The notes under the pieces: model-generated | Seen by the model: only the letters and a program-made list of their open reading frames with translations | The model's database searches: none | Told to the model about the DNA's origin: nothing | Source: Patescibacteria group bacterium | GTDB taxonomy: Bacteria; Patescibacteriota; Patescibacteriia; UBA9934; GWF2-40-263 | Direction of reading: 5' to 3' | NCBI GenBank assembly: GCA_041661745.1 | Contig: JBAZTR010000002.1 | Coordinates: forward strand, 132,368 to 196,367 | DNA length: 64,000 bases | Position numbers and translations under genes: made by a program | Shown: piece by piece, positions 43,498 to 54,180 of the stretch | How positions within the stretch are numbered: the first letter of the stretch is position 1 | How the letters are laid out: each line of letters opens with the position of its first letter

Positions 43498-43980
43498 CTA
43501 CGCCACGCGGCGGAGGAGGCGCCCGTTTTCGAACCAGCCGCCGGGGATGTTGCACCAGTCCTTGATCCACCGGCCACCGATCCACCGAACACAAGCGCAT
43601 CTTGAAGAATCGCTAGGGTCCAGCCAGTTCAGGAAGGCGATGAATACCTTACGTAAAGCAGCGGGAATCTCGTCCTGATGATCCAGGAAATGTTGGCCTT
43701 CTCCTTCACCCTGAGCGGCACACATCTCCTTAGACCTCTCGAGCAACCTACGGCTATCGATAGACTTCTCACTATCGGAGAGGTAGGAGAGAACCTCGTA
43801 GGTTCGTCTGCCGATAACCATAGTGGTCGGTAGGGGCTGACCATCTTCCACCAGCTTCTGGAGACCTTCCAGAAGTCTCGCCGGATCGTGGGGATACTCC
43901 GCCTGCCCGAGCTGACGCTCGATCTCACTAAGGCGCCGAAGCGCCGTTCGAAGCTGATCGCCAGTGAGGATATACCTCAT
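43498..43980 (-). CDS. Hypothetical protein
   Basis: SD AAGGAG before ATG 43980; 160 aa; GC-rich; own TTGACA promoter. Confidence 0.65.
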   Translation of the reverse strand: MRYILTGDQLRTALRRLSEIERQLGQAEYPHDPARLLEGLQKLVEDGQPLPTTMVIGRRTYEVLSYLSDSEKSIDSRRLLERSKEMCAAQGEGEGQHFLDHQDEIPAALRKVFIAFLNWLDPSDSSRCACVRWIGGRWIKDWCNIPGGWFENGRLLRRVA

Positions 43981-44325
43981 GACAATCTCCTTGTGATAGT
44001 GGCTCACGCCCGCCAGTGCGACATACACCAACAGACATTCGCCGTCCGAAACCGGTTGTGTCCCGATCTTCTCTCAAGTTTCTTATTAAAAAATCTAAAA
44101 GAAAACCAGGACATTTTGGTTCCCGACTATACTTTAAAATAGGCAAAATGTCAATGTTTGTACCTAACCGATTAAAAATGCTAAAATAGATGAGCTTTCA
44201 CTTTGTCCGCCTTCGTCGAGACTTAAATTCGACTTCGGACGGATGTCGCTATAAGGCGGATAATCCCACCATAGCCCCGCGAATGCGGGGCGAAGGGGGA
44301 TGATGCCTGTGGGGCTCCATTTTTT

Positions 44326-46692
44326 ATGTCCAGAAGAAGAAAACATCGTTATCAAACTGATTCGCCAAGATTTGAACTGCCGCCGCTGAATCCGGAAACC
44401 AAGCGCGGCATTATCGTAGTCTTTTTATTTGCCGCCGCGGCTCTACTTCTTCTTTCGTTCTTCCAAATAGCTGGAACAGCTGGAATAACTTTGGACACTT
44501 TAATGGCCAAAGGTTTTGGCGTTGATCGTTTTTTGGTTCCTTTTCTTTTTGTGGTCATTGGCTTTTCCCTTCTCTTCCCGGAACGCAGCAAAATGGGACC
44601 ATGGAATTATTTGGGAACACTTTTTTTCTTTCTATCATTAAACGGTTTAATTAATTTGATTTGGAACCAAAAACAACTAGCTACTCCGGAGCGTTTAATG
44701 GCGACTGGTGGTTTGGTTGGACAAGCCCTTGGTTCCACGCTTGAAAAAGCTACAAGTTTTTGGGCAGCCTTACTTATCTTAGCTGCCTTACTACTAATCT
44801 CTGTCATTCTGACTCTTAACACCTCTCTGCGTTCAATTGTCGGCTTTCATCGCCACCTAACTGGTTGGTTTGGTGAGATGTTGCACCGCCGCCGCACCGA
44901 AGCTTTGGAGCGCGAATTAAATTCTGGAATCACCGTGTCTGAAGAGGACGAAGGGGTTGAGGGGGACGAAGAGGACGAGGGGATTGAAACCGAAGAAGTT
45001 GATGAAGACGAAGCCAAAAAGAATTTCCGCACAACTAATCTGGTGCCAGCTGAAGCGGAAAAGGTTTTAACCACTCGCCAACATCGTCAGATAAATCTTC
45101 CAATTGATCTTTTGGAATACCGTTCGATGAAAGTAAATTCCGGGGACACTGATCGCAACAAGGAAATTATTCGTCGGACTTTTGAACAATTTCATATTCC
45201 AGTGGAGATGGGGGAAATTGCTGTTGGCCCAACCATTGCTCAATACACTTTACGTCCGCATGAAGGCGTTAAACTTTCTAAAATTGTCGCCCTTAATAAC
45301 GACTTGGCTTTGGCTTTGGCCGCTCACCCAATTCGTATCGAAGCACCAATCCCAGGTAAGTCATTGGTTGGCGTTGAGGTTCCAAACCAATCAATCGCCA
45401 CTGTCTCCTTGCGTGACTTGCTTGAATCAAAAGCTTTTAAAAATCGCCCCAGCAACTTAAGTGTGGCCGTTGGTAAAGATGTTACCGGTAAAGTTTGGGT
45501 CGCCCCTCTGGAAAAAATGCCGCACATGTTGATTGCCGGAGCCACCGGTTCCGGTAAAAGCGTTTGTATCAACACGATTATTGTTTCTTTGCTTTACACC
45601 AATGGTCCTGATGATCTTAAACTCATCATGGTTGATCCAAAGCGTGTTGAACTCACGGCTTACGAAGGAATTCCTCATCTTCTGGTACCACCTATCACCA
45701 AAGTCGACGACACTGTTAATGCTTTGAAATGGACTGTCCGTGAAATGGATCGCCGTCTTGATTTACTTTCCAAATTTGGCGCCCGTGATATTAATTCCTA
45801 CAACCAACGGGTGGAAGAAAAAATGCCACGCATTGTCGTGTTGATTGATGAGTTGGCTGACCTTATGGCCTCGAGCGGTCACGAGATTGAAGGAACAATT
45901 GTCCGCATTGCTCAGATGGCTCGTGCTGTTGGTATTCACTTAGTCTTGGCCACTCAGCGACCGAGCGTTGATGTTATTACCGGACTTATCAAAGCCAACT
46001 TTCCAACCCGCGCTGCTTTTGCCGTAGCCTCGCAAACTGATTCGCGCACCATTCTTGATTGTGCCGGTGCAGAAAAACTTCTGGGTCGCGGCGACATGCT
46101 TTACAGCTCAGCTGAATTATCCAAACCGGTTCGCTTGCAAGGCGCTTATGTTTCGGAAGCCGAAGTTAATCGTATTGTTGAACACTTAAAACAAGAGTCC
46201 ACACCTGATTACAACTACTCGGTTTTAGAAAAAGAAAAAATGGGTTCTATTTTCGATGGCGCGGCCGATGTTGGTGACTCTGATCCAGTCTTGGTCGAGG
46301 CGGCCCAGATTGTTATTCAAGCCGGCCGAGCTTCCACTTCCCTTTTGCAACGTCGTCTAAAAATCGGCTATGGCCGAGCGGCCCGTATCCTGGATGTCTT
46401 GGAAGAAAATGGCGTTATCGGCCCACCTGATGGTTCCAAGCCTCGAGAGATCTTGGTGGAATCATGGCCGCCGAATAGTAATTTACGAGATCCGGAATTT
46501 GCTGAACGAAAAGAGTTCTTAAAAATCGAAGAACTACCAGTGCCTCCGGATGCCGTTGATCTTGAAATAGAAGAGGTTGAAGAAGAGGCCGTGATAAAGG
46601 AAGAGGACATTAATAATTATGTTCCTTCGCCGGATCAAAATTTTCTCGATGCTCAAGAGGGTGAATATTTAGATGAAAAAGAAGAAAAGTAG
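44326..46692 (+). CDS. ftsK: DNA translocase FtsK
   Basis: 4TM N-terminus, PHMLIAGATGSGKS, LATQRPS, gamma domain STSLLQRRLKIGYGRAAR. Confidence 0.96.
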   Translation: MSRRRKHRYQTDSPRFELPPLNPETKRGIIVVFLFAAAALLLLSFFQIAGTAGITLDTLMAKGFGVDRFLVPFLFVVIGFSLLFPERSKMGPWNYLGTLFFFLSLNGLINLIWNQKQLATPERLMATGGLVGQALGSTLEKATSFWAALLILAALLLISVILTLNTSLRSIVGFHRHLTGWFGEMLHRRRTEALERELNSGITVSEEDEGVEGDEEDEGIETEEVDEDEAKKNFRTTNLVPAEAEKVLTTRQHRQINLPIDLLEYRSMKVNSGDTDRNKEIIRRTFEQFHIPVEMGEIAVGPTIAQYTLRPHEGVKLSKIVALNNDLALALAAHPIRIEAPIPGKSLVGVEVPNQSIATVSLRDLLESKAFKNRPSNLSVAVGKDVTGKVWVAPLEKMPHMLIAGATGSGKSVCINTIIVSLLYTNGPDDLKLIMVDPKRVELTAYEGIPHLLVPPITKVDDTVNALKWTVREMDRRLDLLSKFGARDINSYNQRVEEKMPRIVVLIDELADLMASSGHEIEGTIVRIAQMARAVGIHLVLATQRPSVDVITGLIKANFPTRAAFAVASQTDSRTILDCAGAEKLLGRGDMLYSSAELSKPVRLQGAYVSEAEVNRIVEHLKQESTPDYNYSVLEKEKMGSIFDGAADVGDSDPVLVEAAQIVIQAGRASTSLLQRRLKIGYGRAARILDVLEENGVIGPPDGSKPREILVESWPPNSNLRDPEFAERKEFLKIEELPVPPDAVDLEIEEVEEEAVIKEEDINNYVPSPDQNFLDAQEGEYLDEKEEK

Positions 46693-46702
46693 TTGAAAAG
46701 TT

Positions 46703-47371
46703 ATGTCCTTCTTTGTCCGAAATTTGAAACAGGAGGAAGGCCTTGGCGAAAAAATTCGCGCCTTGCGCAAACACAAAAACATCACTTTAAACGAAGTGGT
46801 GAGTATTACCAAAATCCAAAAAAAACATCTTGAGGCTTTCGAGTCCGGCCGATACGATCAATTGCCTGAACCAATTTACGCCAAAAATTTTCTGCGAAAA
46901 TATATTCAGGCTCTAGGCGGTGACCCTAATTATTTTGTCACCCGTTTTGAGGAAGAGACAAAAAAATGTGATCTACTCACCCCACACCGTCTGCCAGTTC
47001 AACGCACTCGAGCCGCGGCTTTGTTTGCCTCGCATCGTTTGTGGAAACTTTTAGTTGGTTTATGTTTTGTTGGAGCGATTATTTTCTACCTGGGCTGGCA
47101 AGTTAATGCTTTAATGGCCCTGCCGGAAATAACTGTTTTCGAACCATTGGACGGCATCGAGGTTACCAAGGCAACCATTACTGTCAAAGGAAAAGTTGAT
47201 CGTGAGGCAGAAATATTTGTAAACAACGATGCCGTTGTCTCAGACATTGACGGAAATTTCAGCACAGAAGTAACGCTTGAGCGAGGTTTAAACATAATCA
47301 CGATCGAGGCGAATACCAGACATTCCAAAAAAGCCGCGGTTTATCGAAAGGTTGTGTTAAAACAAGAATAA
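46703..47371 (+). CDS. RodZ-like HTH membrane protein
   Basis: LGEKIRALR..., LPEPIY.K.FLR.Y, TM, Ig-like C-terminus; follows ftsK. Confidence 0.75.
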   Translation: MSFFVRNLKQEEGLGEKIRALRKHKNITLNEVVSITKIQKKHLEAFESGRYDQLPEPIYAKNFLRKYIQALGGDPNYFVTRFEEETKKCDLLTPHRLPVQRTRAAALFASHRLWKLLVGLCFVGAIIFYLGWQVNALMALPEITVFEPLDGIEVTKATITVKGKVDREAEIFVNNDAVVSDIDGNFSTEVTLERGLNIITIEANTRHSKKAAVYRKVVLKQE

Positions 47372-47582
47372 ATATTTATCCACATCGCCCTGAAAATTGG
47401 GCGATTTTGTTTATTGCCTTTTCTTCCTTTCACCTTTAAGATGGAAGGGCTACTGAGAAAACGGGTGGGTATTTTTGAGGGCGTTAAGGCCTTAAGGCCG
47501 GGCTCCCTCATTTCCTCAACGCCTAAACGCCTTAGCGCCCCCCCCCACAATTTAACCCCCTCTATCCACCCCAACAAAAAAT

Positions 47583-48629
47583 ATGCCTAAACATGTTATC
47601 GAAGAGCCGACGGGTAAATCCCAGGCGGCCACTGAAGCCATTGCCCAAATTCGCCAACGTTTTGGTGAAGGTTCCATTATGAAACTCGGCGAAGCCAAAA
47701 CCATGAAGGTCGATGCTGTAACCACCGGTTGTTTGTCGCTCGACATCGCTCTTGGCGTTGGCGGGGTGCCGCGCGGGCGCATTATCGAAATCTTTGGACC
47801 GGAATCGTCCGGTAAAACCACTTTGGCCCAACACATTGTGGCCGAAGTGCAAAAAGCCGGCGGCGTGGCCGCCTTCGTTGATGCCGAACACGCCCTGGAT
47901 CCTGATTATGCCCAAAAAATCGGCGTCAATATCAACGACCTGCTAATTTCACAGCCTGATAACGGCGAACAAGCTTTAGAAATTGTCGAAACCTTGGTTC
48001 GCTCAAACGGCGTTGATGTTGTGGTAGTTGACTCGGTCGCTGCTCTCACGCCAAAAGCCGAAATCGAAGGCGACATGGGTGACCAGCACATGGGTTTGCA
48101 GGCTCGTCTCATGAGCCAGGCCTTGCGTAAACTCGCGGCCATTGTCGGCAAAACCCACACCATTGTTATTTTCATCAACCAAATCAGAATGAAGATTGGC
48201 GTCTTTTTCGGCAATCCGGAAACCACCACTGGCGGCAATGCTTTAAAATTCTATTCCTCCATGCGCATCGAAATTCGTCGTTCAGCGCAAATCAAACAAG
48301 GCGAAAGAATTATTGGCAACCGCACCCGCGTTAAGGTGGTTAAAAATAAAATGGCTCCGCCTTTCCGCACTTGTGAGTTCGACATTCTTTATAACGAAGG
48401 TATTTCCATTGCCGGTGACATCCTTGATGTTGGTGTGCCGAGCGGGGTTGTTAAAAAGAGCGGCAACTCATACATGTTTAACGAAGAGAAGTTGGGTGTC
48501 GGTCGCGAAGTTGTTAAACAATATCTGCGCGAACATCCCGAAACCATGGCGGCCATTCGCAAAGTGATTACTGACAAAATGGAAGCCGGCGAATTGGAGA
48601 TGGAGGCGTCCGAAGGCGAAGGGGAATAA
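47583..48629 (+). CDS. recA: Recombinase RecA
   Basis: [25 protein letters not shown]. Confidence 0.99.
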   Translation: MPKHVIEEPTGKSQAATEAIAQIRQRFGEGSIMKLGEAKTMKVDAVTTGCLSLDIALGVGGVPRGRIIEIFGPESSGKTTLAQHIVAEVQKAGGVAAFVDAEHALDPDYAQKIGVNINDLLISQPDNGEQALEIVETLVRSNGVDVVVVDSVAALTPKAEIEGDMGDQHMGLQARLMSQALRKLAAIVGKTHTIVIFINQIRMKIGVFFGNPETTTGGNALKFYSSMRIEIRRSAQIKQGERIIGNRTRVKVVKNKMAPPFRTCEFDILYNEGISIAGDILDVGVPSGVVKKSGNSYMFNEEKLGVGREVVKQYLREHPETMAAIRKVITDKMEAGELEMEASEGEGE

Positions 48630-48638
48630 AGTCATAAA

Positions 48639-48672
48639 CAAAAAACCAACCGGACAAACGGTTGGTTTTTAA
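48639..48672. terminator. Terminator, copy 1 of an identical 34-bp pair
   Basis: CAAAAAACCAACCGGACAAACGGTTGGTTTTTAA. Confidence 0.8.
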
Positions 48673-48728
48673 TTCCTTTACGGTTAACCTTCAAAATTGT
48701 ATATTAAGACTGGCTTAAAACAACCAAT

Positions 48729-49316
48729 ATGGAAGAAAATCTAAAACCAATCGCCAATTTCTTATTTGAAACCGGCATGCTACAAAAAACACCACGTAGC
48801 GGTTTTTTCTTTTTAGGTAGTGGCAACCAGTCAGTGGCCGAACATATTAACCGCGTTTCATATGCCGGTTTCACTTTAGCTAAAATGAATGGCCAAGCTG
48901 ATCTAAATAAAATTCTCCAGATGTGCATGTTCCACGATCTTTCCGAGGCCCGAGTTTCCGACCTGAATTATGTTCACCAAAAATACAATGAGCGTTTGGA
49001 AACCAAAGCTGTGGAAGATTTAGCTAATACTCTACCTTTTGGTGATGACATGAAGAAGATAATCGATGAATACGAAGCTAGAGAAACCATCGAAGCCAAA
49101 TTAACAAAAGACGCTGACAACATTGAACTTCTGTTATCACTAAAAGAACAATCAGACATTGGTAACGACCGTGCTGATACTTGGATCCAACCATTACTTG
49201 GTCGTCTACTAACAGAAGAAGGAAAACAACTGGCTCAAGTAATTCTTAATACCGATTCTGATCAATGGTGGTACGGAAACAAAGATGACAAGTGGTGGAT
49301 TAATAGAGATAAGTAA
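48729..49316 (+). CDS. HD-domain hydrolase (YfbR/5'-deoxynucleotidase-like)
   Basis: L...PRSGF, SVAEH, HDLSEAR.SD, KDAD. Confidence 0.85.
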   Translation: MEENLKPIANFLFETGMLQKTPRSGFFFLGSGNQSVAEHINRVSYAGFTLAKMNGQADLNKILQMCMFHDLSEARVSDLNYVHQKYNERLETKAVEDLANTLPFGDDMKKIIDEYEARETIEAKLTKDADNIELLLSLKEQSDIGNDRADTWIQPLLGRLLTEEGKQLAQVILNTDSDQWWYGNKDDKWWINRDK

Positions 49317-49317
49317 T

Positions 49318-49351
49318 CAAAAAACCAACCGGACAAACGGTTGGTTTTTAA
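49318..49351. terminator. Terminator, copy 2 (bidirectional with efp)
   Basis: Identical to 48639-48672. Confidence 0.8.
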
Positions 49352-49400
49352 ATTTTCCAAAGCCTCTCAAGCCTTTCCCGCCTTTCCAGCATCTCAAGCG

Positions 49401-49967
49401 TTAGTTATTCACCCTTTCCGAATATTCCCCATTATCCGTGCTGACCAAAACTTCTTCGTTTTCTTTTAAAAAGATCGGCACGCGAATTTTCATTCCATTA
49501 TCAAGGGTCGCTTCTTTAGTAACATTGCCTGAGGCGGTATCACCTTTAACAGCCGGTTCGGTGGAAACAACTTTGTACTGAATTTTCATTGGCAGGTTAA
49601 TGGTGAGTGGGGTTTCGCCGTGCATAATGATCATCACTTCCAAACCTTCTTTCAGAAACTTGGCGTCATCACCGACATCATCAACCCCGAGCTGTACTTG
49701 CTCGTAAGTCTGATTATCCATGAAGGTGTAGAAAGTTCCGTCGCCGTATAAGTACTGCATTTTTTTGTATTGTACTTCCTCAAATTCCAGTGATTCGGCT
49801 GACTTGAAATTTTGTTCGACGATTTTTCCGGTTTTGATGTTTTTGGCGCGGGTGCGCACAAAAGAACTACCTTTGCCCGGCGAAACGCGTTGGAAATAGA
49901 CGACTACCCACAACTCGCCGTTTAGCCGAAGCACGGTGCCTTTTTTGATATCATTTGGTGATGACAT
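49401..49967 (-). CDS. efp: Elongation factor P
   Basis: PGKG loop, P.VKGDTA, VP.F. Confidence 0.96.
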   Translation of the reverse strand: MSSPNDIKKGTVLRLNGELWVVVYFQRVSPGKGSSFVRTRAKNIKTGKIVEQNFKSAESLEFEEVQYKKMQYLYGDGTFYTFMDNQTYEQVQLGVDDVGDDAKFLKEGLEVMIIMHGETPLTINLPMKIQYKVVSTEPAVKGDTASGNVTKEATLDNGMKIRVPIFLKENEEVLVSTDNGEYSERVNN

Positions 49968-49970
49968 AAT

Positions 49971-50210
49971 TTATCTTTGAATGAACGGAAGAAGGGCCAT
50001 GATACGAGCACGCTTGATGGCGTCGGCCAAGACCCGTTGGTGTTTGGCGCAAACGCCGCTGCGATGACGCGGCACGATTTTAGCGAAGGACGAAGTAAAG
50101 CGTCGCAAAAACTGCGAGTCTTTATAATCGATTTCGATTTTTTTATTAACGCAAAACGGACAATGGCGTTGTTTGGCGTTATTATTTTTCTTATTGTTAT
50201 TATCTTTCAT
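49971..50210 (-). CDS. rpsR: 30S ribosomal protein S18
   Basis: CPFC, IDYKD, CAKHQR...AIKRAR.MALLPF. Confidence 0.96.
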   Translation of the reverse strand: MKDNNNKKNNNAKQRHCPFCVNKKIEIDYKDSQFLRRFTSSFAKIVPRHRSGVCAKHQRVLADAIKRARIMALLPFIQR

Positions 50211-50223
50211 AAATTGTCATTCT

Positions 50224-50658
50224 TTAAAAAGGAATATCTTCAACCTTGATTTCCGTGGTCGGATCGATTGACGGATCATCTGGCAATGAAGTCGCGGCCG
50301 GAGCAAAGCTGCCGCCACCGGCACTGCCGGCGCGATCAAGAATAATGGCATTCTCGGCCACCACTTCGGTGCGATAACGCTTAACACCATCCTGACCCTC
50401 CCAGTCACGGGTTTGCAAACGACCTTCAATATAAACTTTTTTACCTTTGGCTAAATACTGTCCAAGAATTTCCGCGAGCTTGCCCCAAGCCACGATGTTA
50501 TGGAATTCTGCTTTATCCTGTTTAACTCCATTGGCATCGGTCCAGTTGCGATTGGTGGCCACACCAAAAGTGCAGACACTTTGGCCAGACGGCAATTGTT
50601 TAACTTCCGGATCCCTGGTGACGTTACCAAGAATCGTCGCGCGATTGAGTGAAAACAT
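50224..50658 (-). CDS. ssb: Single-stranded DNA-binding protein
   Basis: LNRA.ILGN.TRDPE, YIEGRLQTR.W, C-terminal EDIPF. Confidence 0.97.
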   Translation of the reverse strand: MFSLNRATILGNVTRDPEVKQLPSGQSVCTFGVATNRNWTDANGVKQDKAEFHNIVAWGKLAEILGQYLAKGKKVYIEGRLQTRDWEGQDGVKRYRTEVVAENAIILDRAGSAGGGSFAPAATSLPDDPSIDPTTEIKVEDIPF

Positions 50659-50669
50659 ATGTTCGATGA

Positions 50670-51176
50670 TTAAATATTTTCGGAAGTGTTAACATCCAAA
50701 ATTTCATCAAGTTTTTTATCCAAGTCTTCCATGGACAATGGTTTTTCGTCACGCAATACTGGTTCGGTTTCCGTTACTTCGGCTGGTTTAACCGGCGCAG
50801 CTTCGGCCGCGCGATGTGGGCGACGGATTTCCTCTTCCTCTTCCGACAACGGGGCCACATAGGATTCGAGCAGGAACGAACGTTCCGGCACGCCCTTAGG
50901 AAGTTGCACCAACATGTGACGCAAAACCTCCGTGGCTAAACGGAGTTGATTTTCGATTTCGGCGACCACCGAAGTTTCGGCTTCGAGGTAGGCCAAAATA
51001 TATGAACCATGGCGCGTTTGCTTGATAGGATAGGCCAAGCGAATGCGACCAAGATTTTCCTCCTTAACGACTTTGGCTCCGGCCTTTTCGATTAGACCGC
51101 GAACCGTTCCTTGGATCCCCTCAATTTCCGCGTCAGTGAAGCGGGTGGGGATGATGTAAAGTAATTCGTACATCAT
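50670..51176 (-). CDS. rpsF: 30S ribosomal protein S6
   Basis: YELLYII, G..RLAYPIK...G.Y, VLRHM; rpsF-ssb-rpsR operon order. Confidence 0.93.
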   Translation of the reverse strand: MMYELLYIIPTRFTDAEIEGIQGTVRGLIEKAGAKVVKEENLGRIRLAYPIKQTRHGSYILAYLEAETSVVAEIENQLRLATEVLRHMLVQLPKGVPERSFLLESYVAPLSEEEEEIRRPHRAAEAAPVKPAEVTETEPVLRDEKPLSMEDLDKKLDEILDVNTSENI

Positions 51177-51245
51177 AGAGTGTCGCCCCGCACCGTACGG
51201 TGCAGGGACTCTGGTTAAATAACGCCCCAGAGTATGGACGACTTA
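51177..51245 (-). promoter_or_regulatory. Candidate S6:S18-type ribosomal leader containing a palindrome
   Basis: GTCGTCC..ACTCTGG...CCAGAGT..GGGCGAC stem directly upstream of rpsF, with CCTGCACCGTACGGTGCGGG inside. Confidence 0.35.
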
Positions 51246-51416
51246 AATTGTAAGTGCCCAGACTTTAATATATTTGGCGGTTTTGGTCAAGACTTATGGC
51301 TTGAGATGCCTTAGGGGCCGGCGAGGCTGGAAAGGCCTCTGTTATCCACTTCTGCCTAATAAGGCTTGTGATAAACTGACTGCGGTTCATTCGTTTTTCA
51401 CGGAAGGAGGCGGGCT

Positions 51417-52070
51417 GTGATTTCTCACTTTTTCGACTCGTGGTCCCGTCAACTGGCCATCAAGCTCGATGCCTGGCTCATTGCCAAAGGATACGTTCCT
51501 GAACGCCAGCAGGTGAGAGATGAAAACGAGCACAATGGCCGGATCATCGTCATCACCGGCGAAATGTTCTCGGGCAAGACCGAAGAGCTGATTCGTCTGG
51601 TCAGGCGCAATGTTTTTGCCAAGGTTTCCTTCGCCACCTTCAAGCCGCGGCGCGACACGCGAGAAAGTGGCCTAGTAAAATGTCGCAACGGTCACCACTT
51701 GGAAGCAATCGAGGTGGGGGATTCCAAGGAAATCCTCCGACACATCGTGGCCCATCCGGAGATCAGAGTCGTCGGCGTCGACGAAGCCCAGTTCTTCGAC
51801 GAAGGAATCGTCGAGGTTCTGCGGACTCTGGCCGACATACGCCACATCACGGTCATCGTGGCCGGCCTGGACATGGATTTCGAAGGCAAACCGTTCGGAC
51901 CAGTGCCCGGCCTCATGGCCATCGCTTCCGAAGTCCGTAAAGTCCACGCCGTCTGTGTCGAGTGTGGTCGTACTGCCGCCTACAGTCGCCGCAAGGTGCC
52001 CGACACCGCGCAGATCGTGGTCGGCTACGATGGCTACGAGGCCGTCTGCCGCGCCCATCGTTCTTTCTAG
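51417..52070 (+). CDS. tdk: Thymidine kinase
   Basis: GEMFSGKTEELIR, DEAQFF, AGLDMDF.G.PFG, C..C and YEAVCR. Confidence 0.95.
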   Translation: MISHFFDSWSRQLAIKLDAWLIAKGYVPERQQVRDENEHNGRIIVITGEMFSGKTEELIRLVRRNVFAKVSFATFKPRRDTRESGLVKCRNGHHLEAIEVGDSKEILRHIVAHPEIRVVGVDEAQFFDEGIVEVLRTLADIRHITVIVAGLDMDFEGKPFGPVPGLMAIASEVRKVHAVCVECGRTAAYSRRKVPDTAQIVVGYDGYEAVCRAHRSF

Positions 52071-52184
52071 GTTCCTAGTTCTCTGTCCCGCACCCACTCA
52101 GGGTCGCGGGTTTTTAATAAATTGACAAAGTTACCATGTTCTAGCATCCTTAAAATAGTCACCAACCACCCGATCGGAGAAAAA

Positions 52185-52511
52185 ATGTTCATTCCCGTCA
52201 CAGATCTTCCACCAGAAGCTTACAAGCTCGCCTATATCTTTGTCATTTTTAGTGCGATAGGTTTCTGGTCACACCTCCTGCTCTTTCATGGCAGAAAACG
52301 GAAGCTTATCCAACATCTATTCTTCATGATGTTTATACTTGGCGTGATTACTGGGCTTGAGGTATTAAGCCGTACAAACTATATAACCGGCTTAGACGGT
52401 GCAATATCTTTTACTGCCTCCGTTTGCCTGATTTCTGGTTGGTTTACCAGTGTAATGTACGACCTTGTTGAAAAAAAATGGTGGGAACCACAAAATCCGA
52501 CCAAGAACTAG
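52185..52511 (+). CDS. Hypothetical membrane protein
   Basis: Three hydrophobic segments, SD GGAG, own promoter and terminator. Confidence 0.55.
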   Translation: MFIPVTDLPPEAYKLAYIFVIFSAIGFWSHLLLFHGRKRKLIQHLFFMMFILGVITGLEVLSRTNYITGLDGAISFTASVCLISGWFTSVMYDLVEKKWWEPQNPTKN

Positions 52512-52699
52512 TTTCGGTCGGTCAAACTCCCCGAGCCCGACATGCGACTCGGATTTTTATTTTGCGACACATTGTGATATTATCGGGGGGATAAATATGA
52601 TTAATCGGCGTCAGGGCGCTAAGGCGTTTAGGCCTTAGGGGCATAACCTTAAAGCCCTTTAACGCCCGGATGCCGACCATCCAAACCAATCCCCAAAAT

Positions 52700-53995
52700 A
52701 TGACATTTTTTGTACTCGGTTCTCACCCGGCCCTTTCGGTCGCAGAAATTGCGAACGTGCTTGGTGTGGAAATAAACCACTCACAATATTCAAAAGAAAT
52801 TTTATTGCTCGATGAAATCGGCACTTCACCCGAAGCCCTGCAAGGTCGTTTGGGTGGTACGATTAAAATCGGCGACATTGTCGGCGAAGTGAACCCCCCT
52901 TCGCCGGGCTTCGGCGGGGCAAGAAAAATTGATAAGGAAGAGGTCGCTGATCTTTTTGTTTCGCTTCTCGCCCACCCCTCACCCCTGCCCCTCTCCCTGA
53001 GGGAGAGGGGGGAGGAGGAGAGGGGTAACCGTGTTGTTTTCGGCATCAGCACCTATTCACTCGATGCCCACCGCGATCTTTCGACTGAAGTCAAACAAAT
53101 TGGCATGACCATAAAAACCAAGTTAAAAGAAGAAGGCCGAACCGCTCGTTTTGTTTCGACCAAAACTGCCGCCCTGCCAAGCGCGGCGGTGACCGGCGAA
53201 AAGCTTCTGGAAAACGGAGCTGAATTTGTAATCATTGTCTCTAAAGAAAAAATATACCTTGGTCAAACCCGCATTGTGCAGGATTTTCAAAGCTGGTCAG
53301 CCCGTGACTACGGTCGACCGCGTCGCGATGCCAAGTCCGGCATGTTGCCGCCAAAACTCGCGCGCATGATGATTAATTTGTCCGGCGCCAAAACCTCGGC
53401 TGCTTTGCTCGATCCGTTTTGTGGCTCGGGCACAGTGCTTATGGAAGCGGCGCTAATGGAATTTACCAATCTTATCGGCAGTGATATTTCCGAAAAAGCC
53501 ATTAAGGACACAACAATAAATTTAGATTGGTTAAATCAAAACGAAGAAGTTGATACTTCCGGAATTCGTCTTTTTAATAAACCAATCGAAACCCTGGCCG
53601 GAGACTTAAAAGAAAAAGTTGAGGTGATTGTCGGTGAAACCTATCTCGGTCCACCGCTCTCGGGTCGCGAAACACCGTTTCGACAAAAACAAATCATGGA
53701 CGAGCTGCTTGAACGCACCGCTTCCGGCCTGGCCGCCTTACTTCAACTTCTTAAAAAAGGTGGAACCGTGGTTTTGGCTCTCCCGGCTTTCTGTGCCCGC
53801 CATAGCCCGGCGACGGCGGGTCAGAATGGAAAAAATATTCAATATCTACCAACCAAAAAACTGGCCGAGGCCGTTGGTTTACAAATTGTTCCCTTCACCG
53901 GCGAACCAAACGAGGTTTCGCCTAATGGTGGGCTACTGTATGTTCGTGAAAATCAAAAAGTGGGAAGAGAAATTGTGAAAATGGTTCTTAAATAA
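52700..53995 (+). CDS. Trm11/TrmG10-like RNA methyltransferase carrying in-frame palindromic insertions
   Basis: RDYGRP.RD...GMLPPKLARMMINL, DPFCGSGT..MEA, GSDIS. Confidence 0.8.
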   Translation: MTFFVLGSHPALSVAEIANVLGVEINHSQYSKEILLLDEIGTSPEALQGRLGGTIKIGDIVGEVNPPSPGFGGARKIDKEEVADLFVSLLAHPSPLPLSLRERGEEERGNRVVFGISTYSLDAHRDLSTEVKQIGMTIKTKLKEEGRTARFVSTKTAALPSAAVTGEKLLENGAEFVIIVSKEKIYLGQTRIVQDFQSWSARDYGRPRRDAKSGMLPPKLARMMINLSGAKTSAALLDPFCGSGTVLMEAALMEFTNLIGSDISEKAIKDTTINLDWLNQNEEVDTSGIRLFNKPIETLAGDLKEKVEVIVGETYLGPPLSGRETPFRQKQIMDELLERTASGLAALLQLLKKGGTVVLALPAFCARHSPATAGQNGKNIQYLPTKKLAEAVGLQIVPFTGEPNEVSPNGGLLYVRENQKVGREIVKMVLK

Positions 53996-54180
53996 ATACC
54001 AAAGGGATTCTTGAATTTAGACGGCACTCGGGCCTTAAGGGGCGTTAAGGTTTTGTCTGGGCTTGGATAAAAATTCCATGCCCTAGTGCCCTAAAACGCC
54101 TTAACGCCCGACCGTGTCCGTCATAGCTCGCCTCGAGCGACGGCGGAATGCCACCTAGCCACCGCGATTCCAAAAACACT

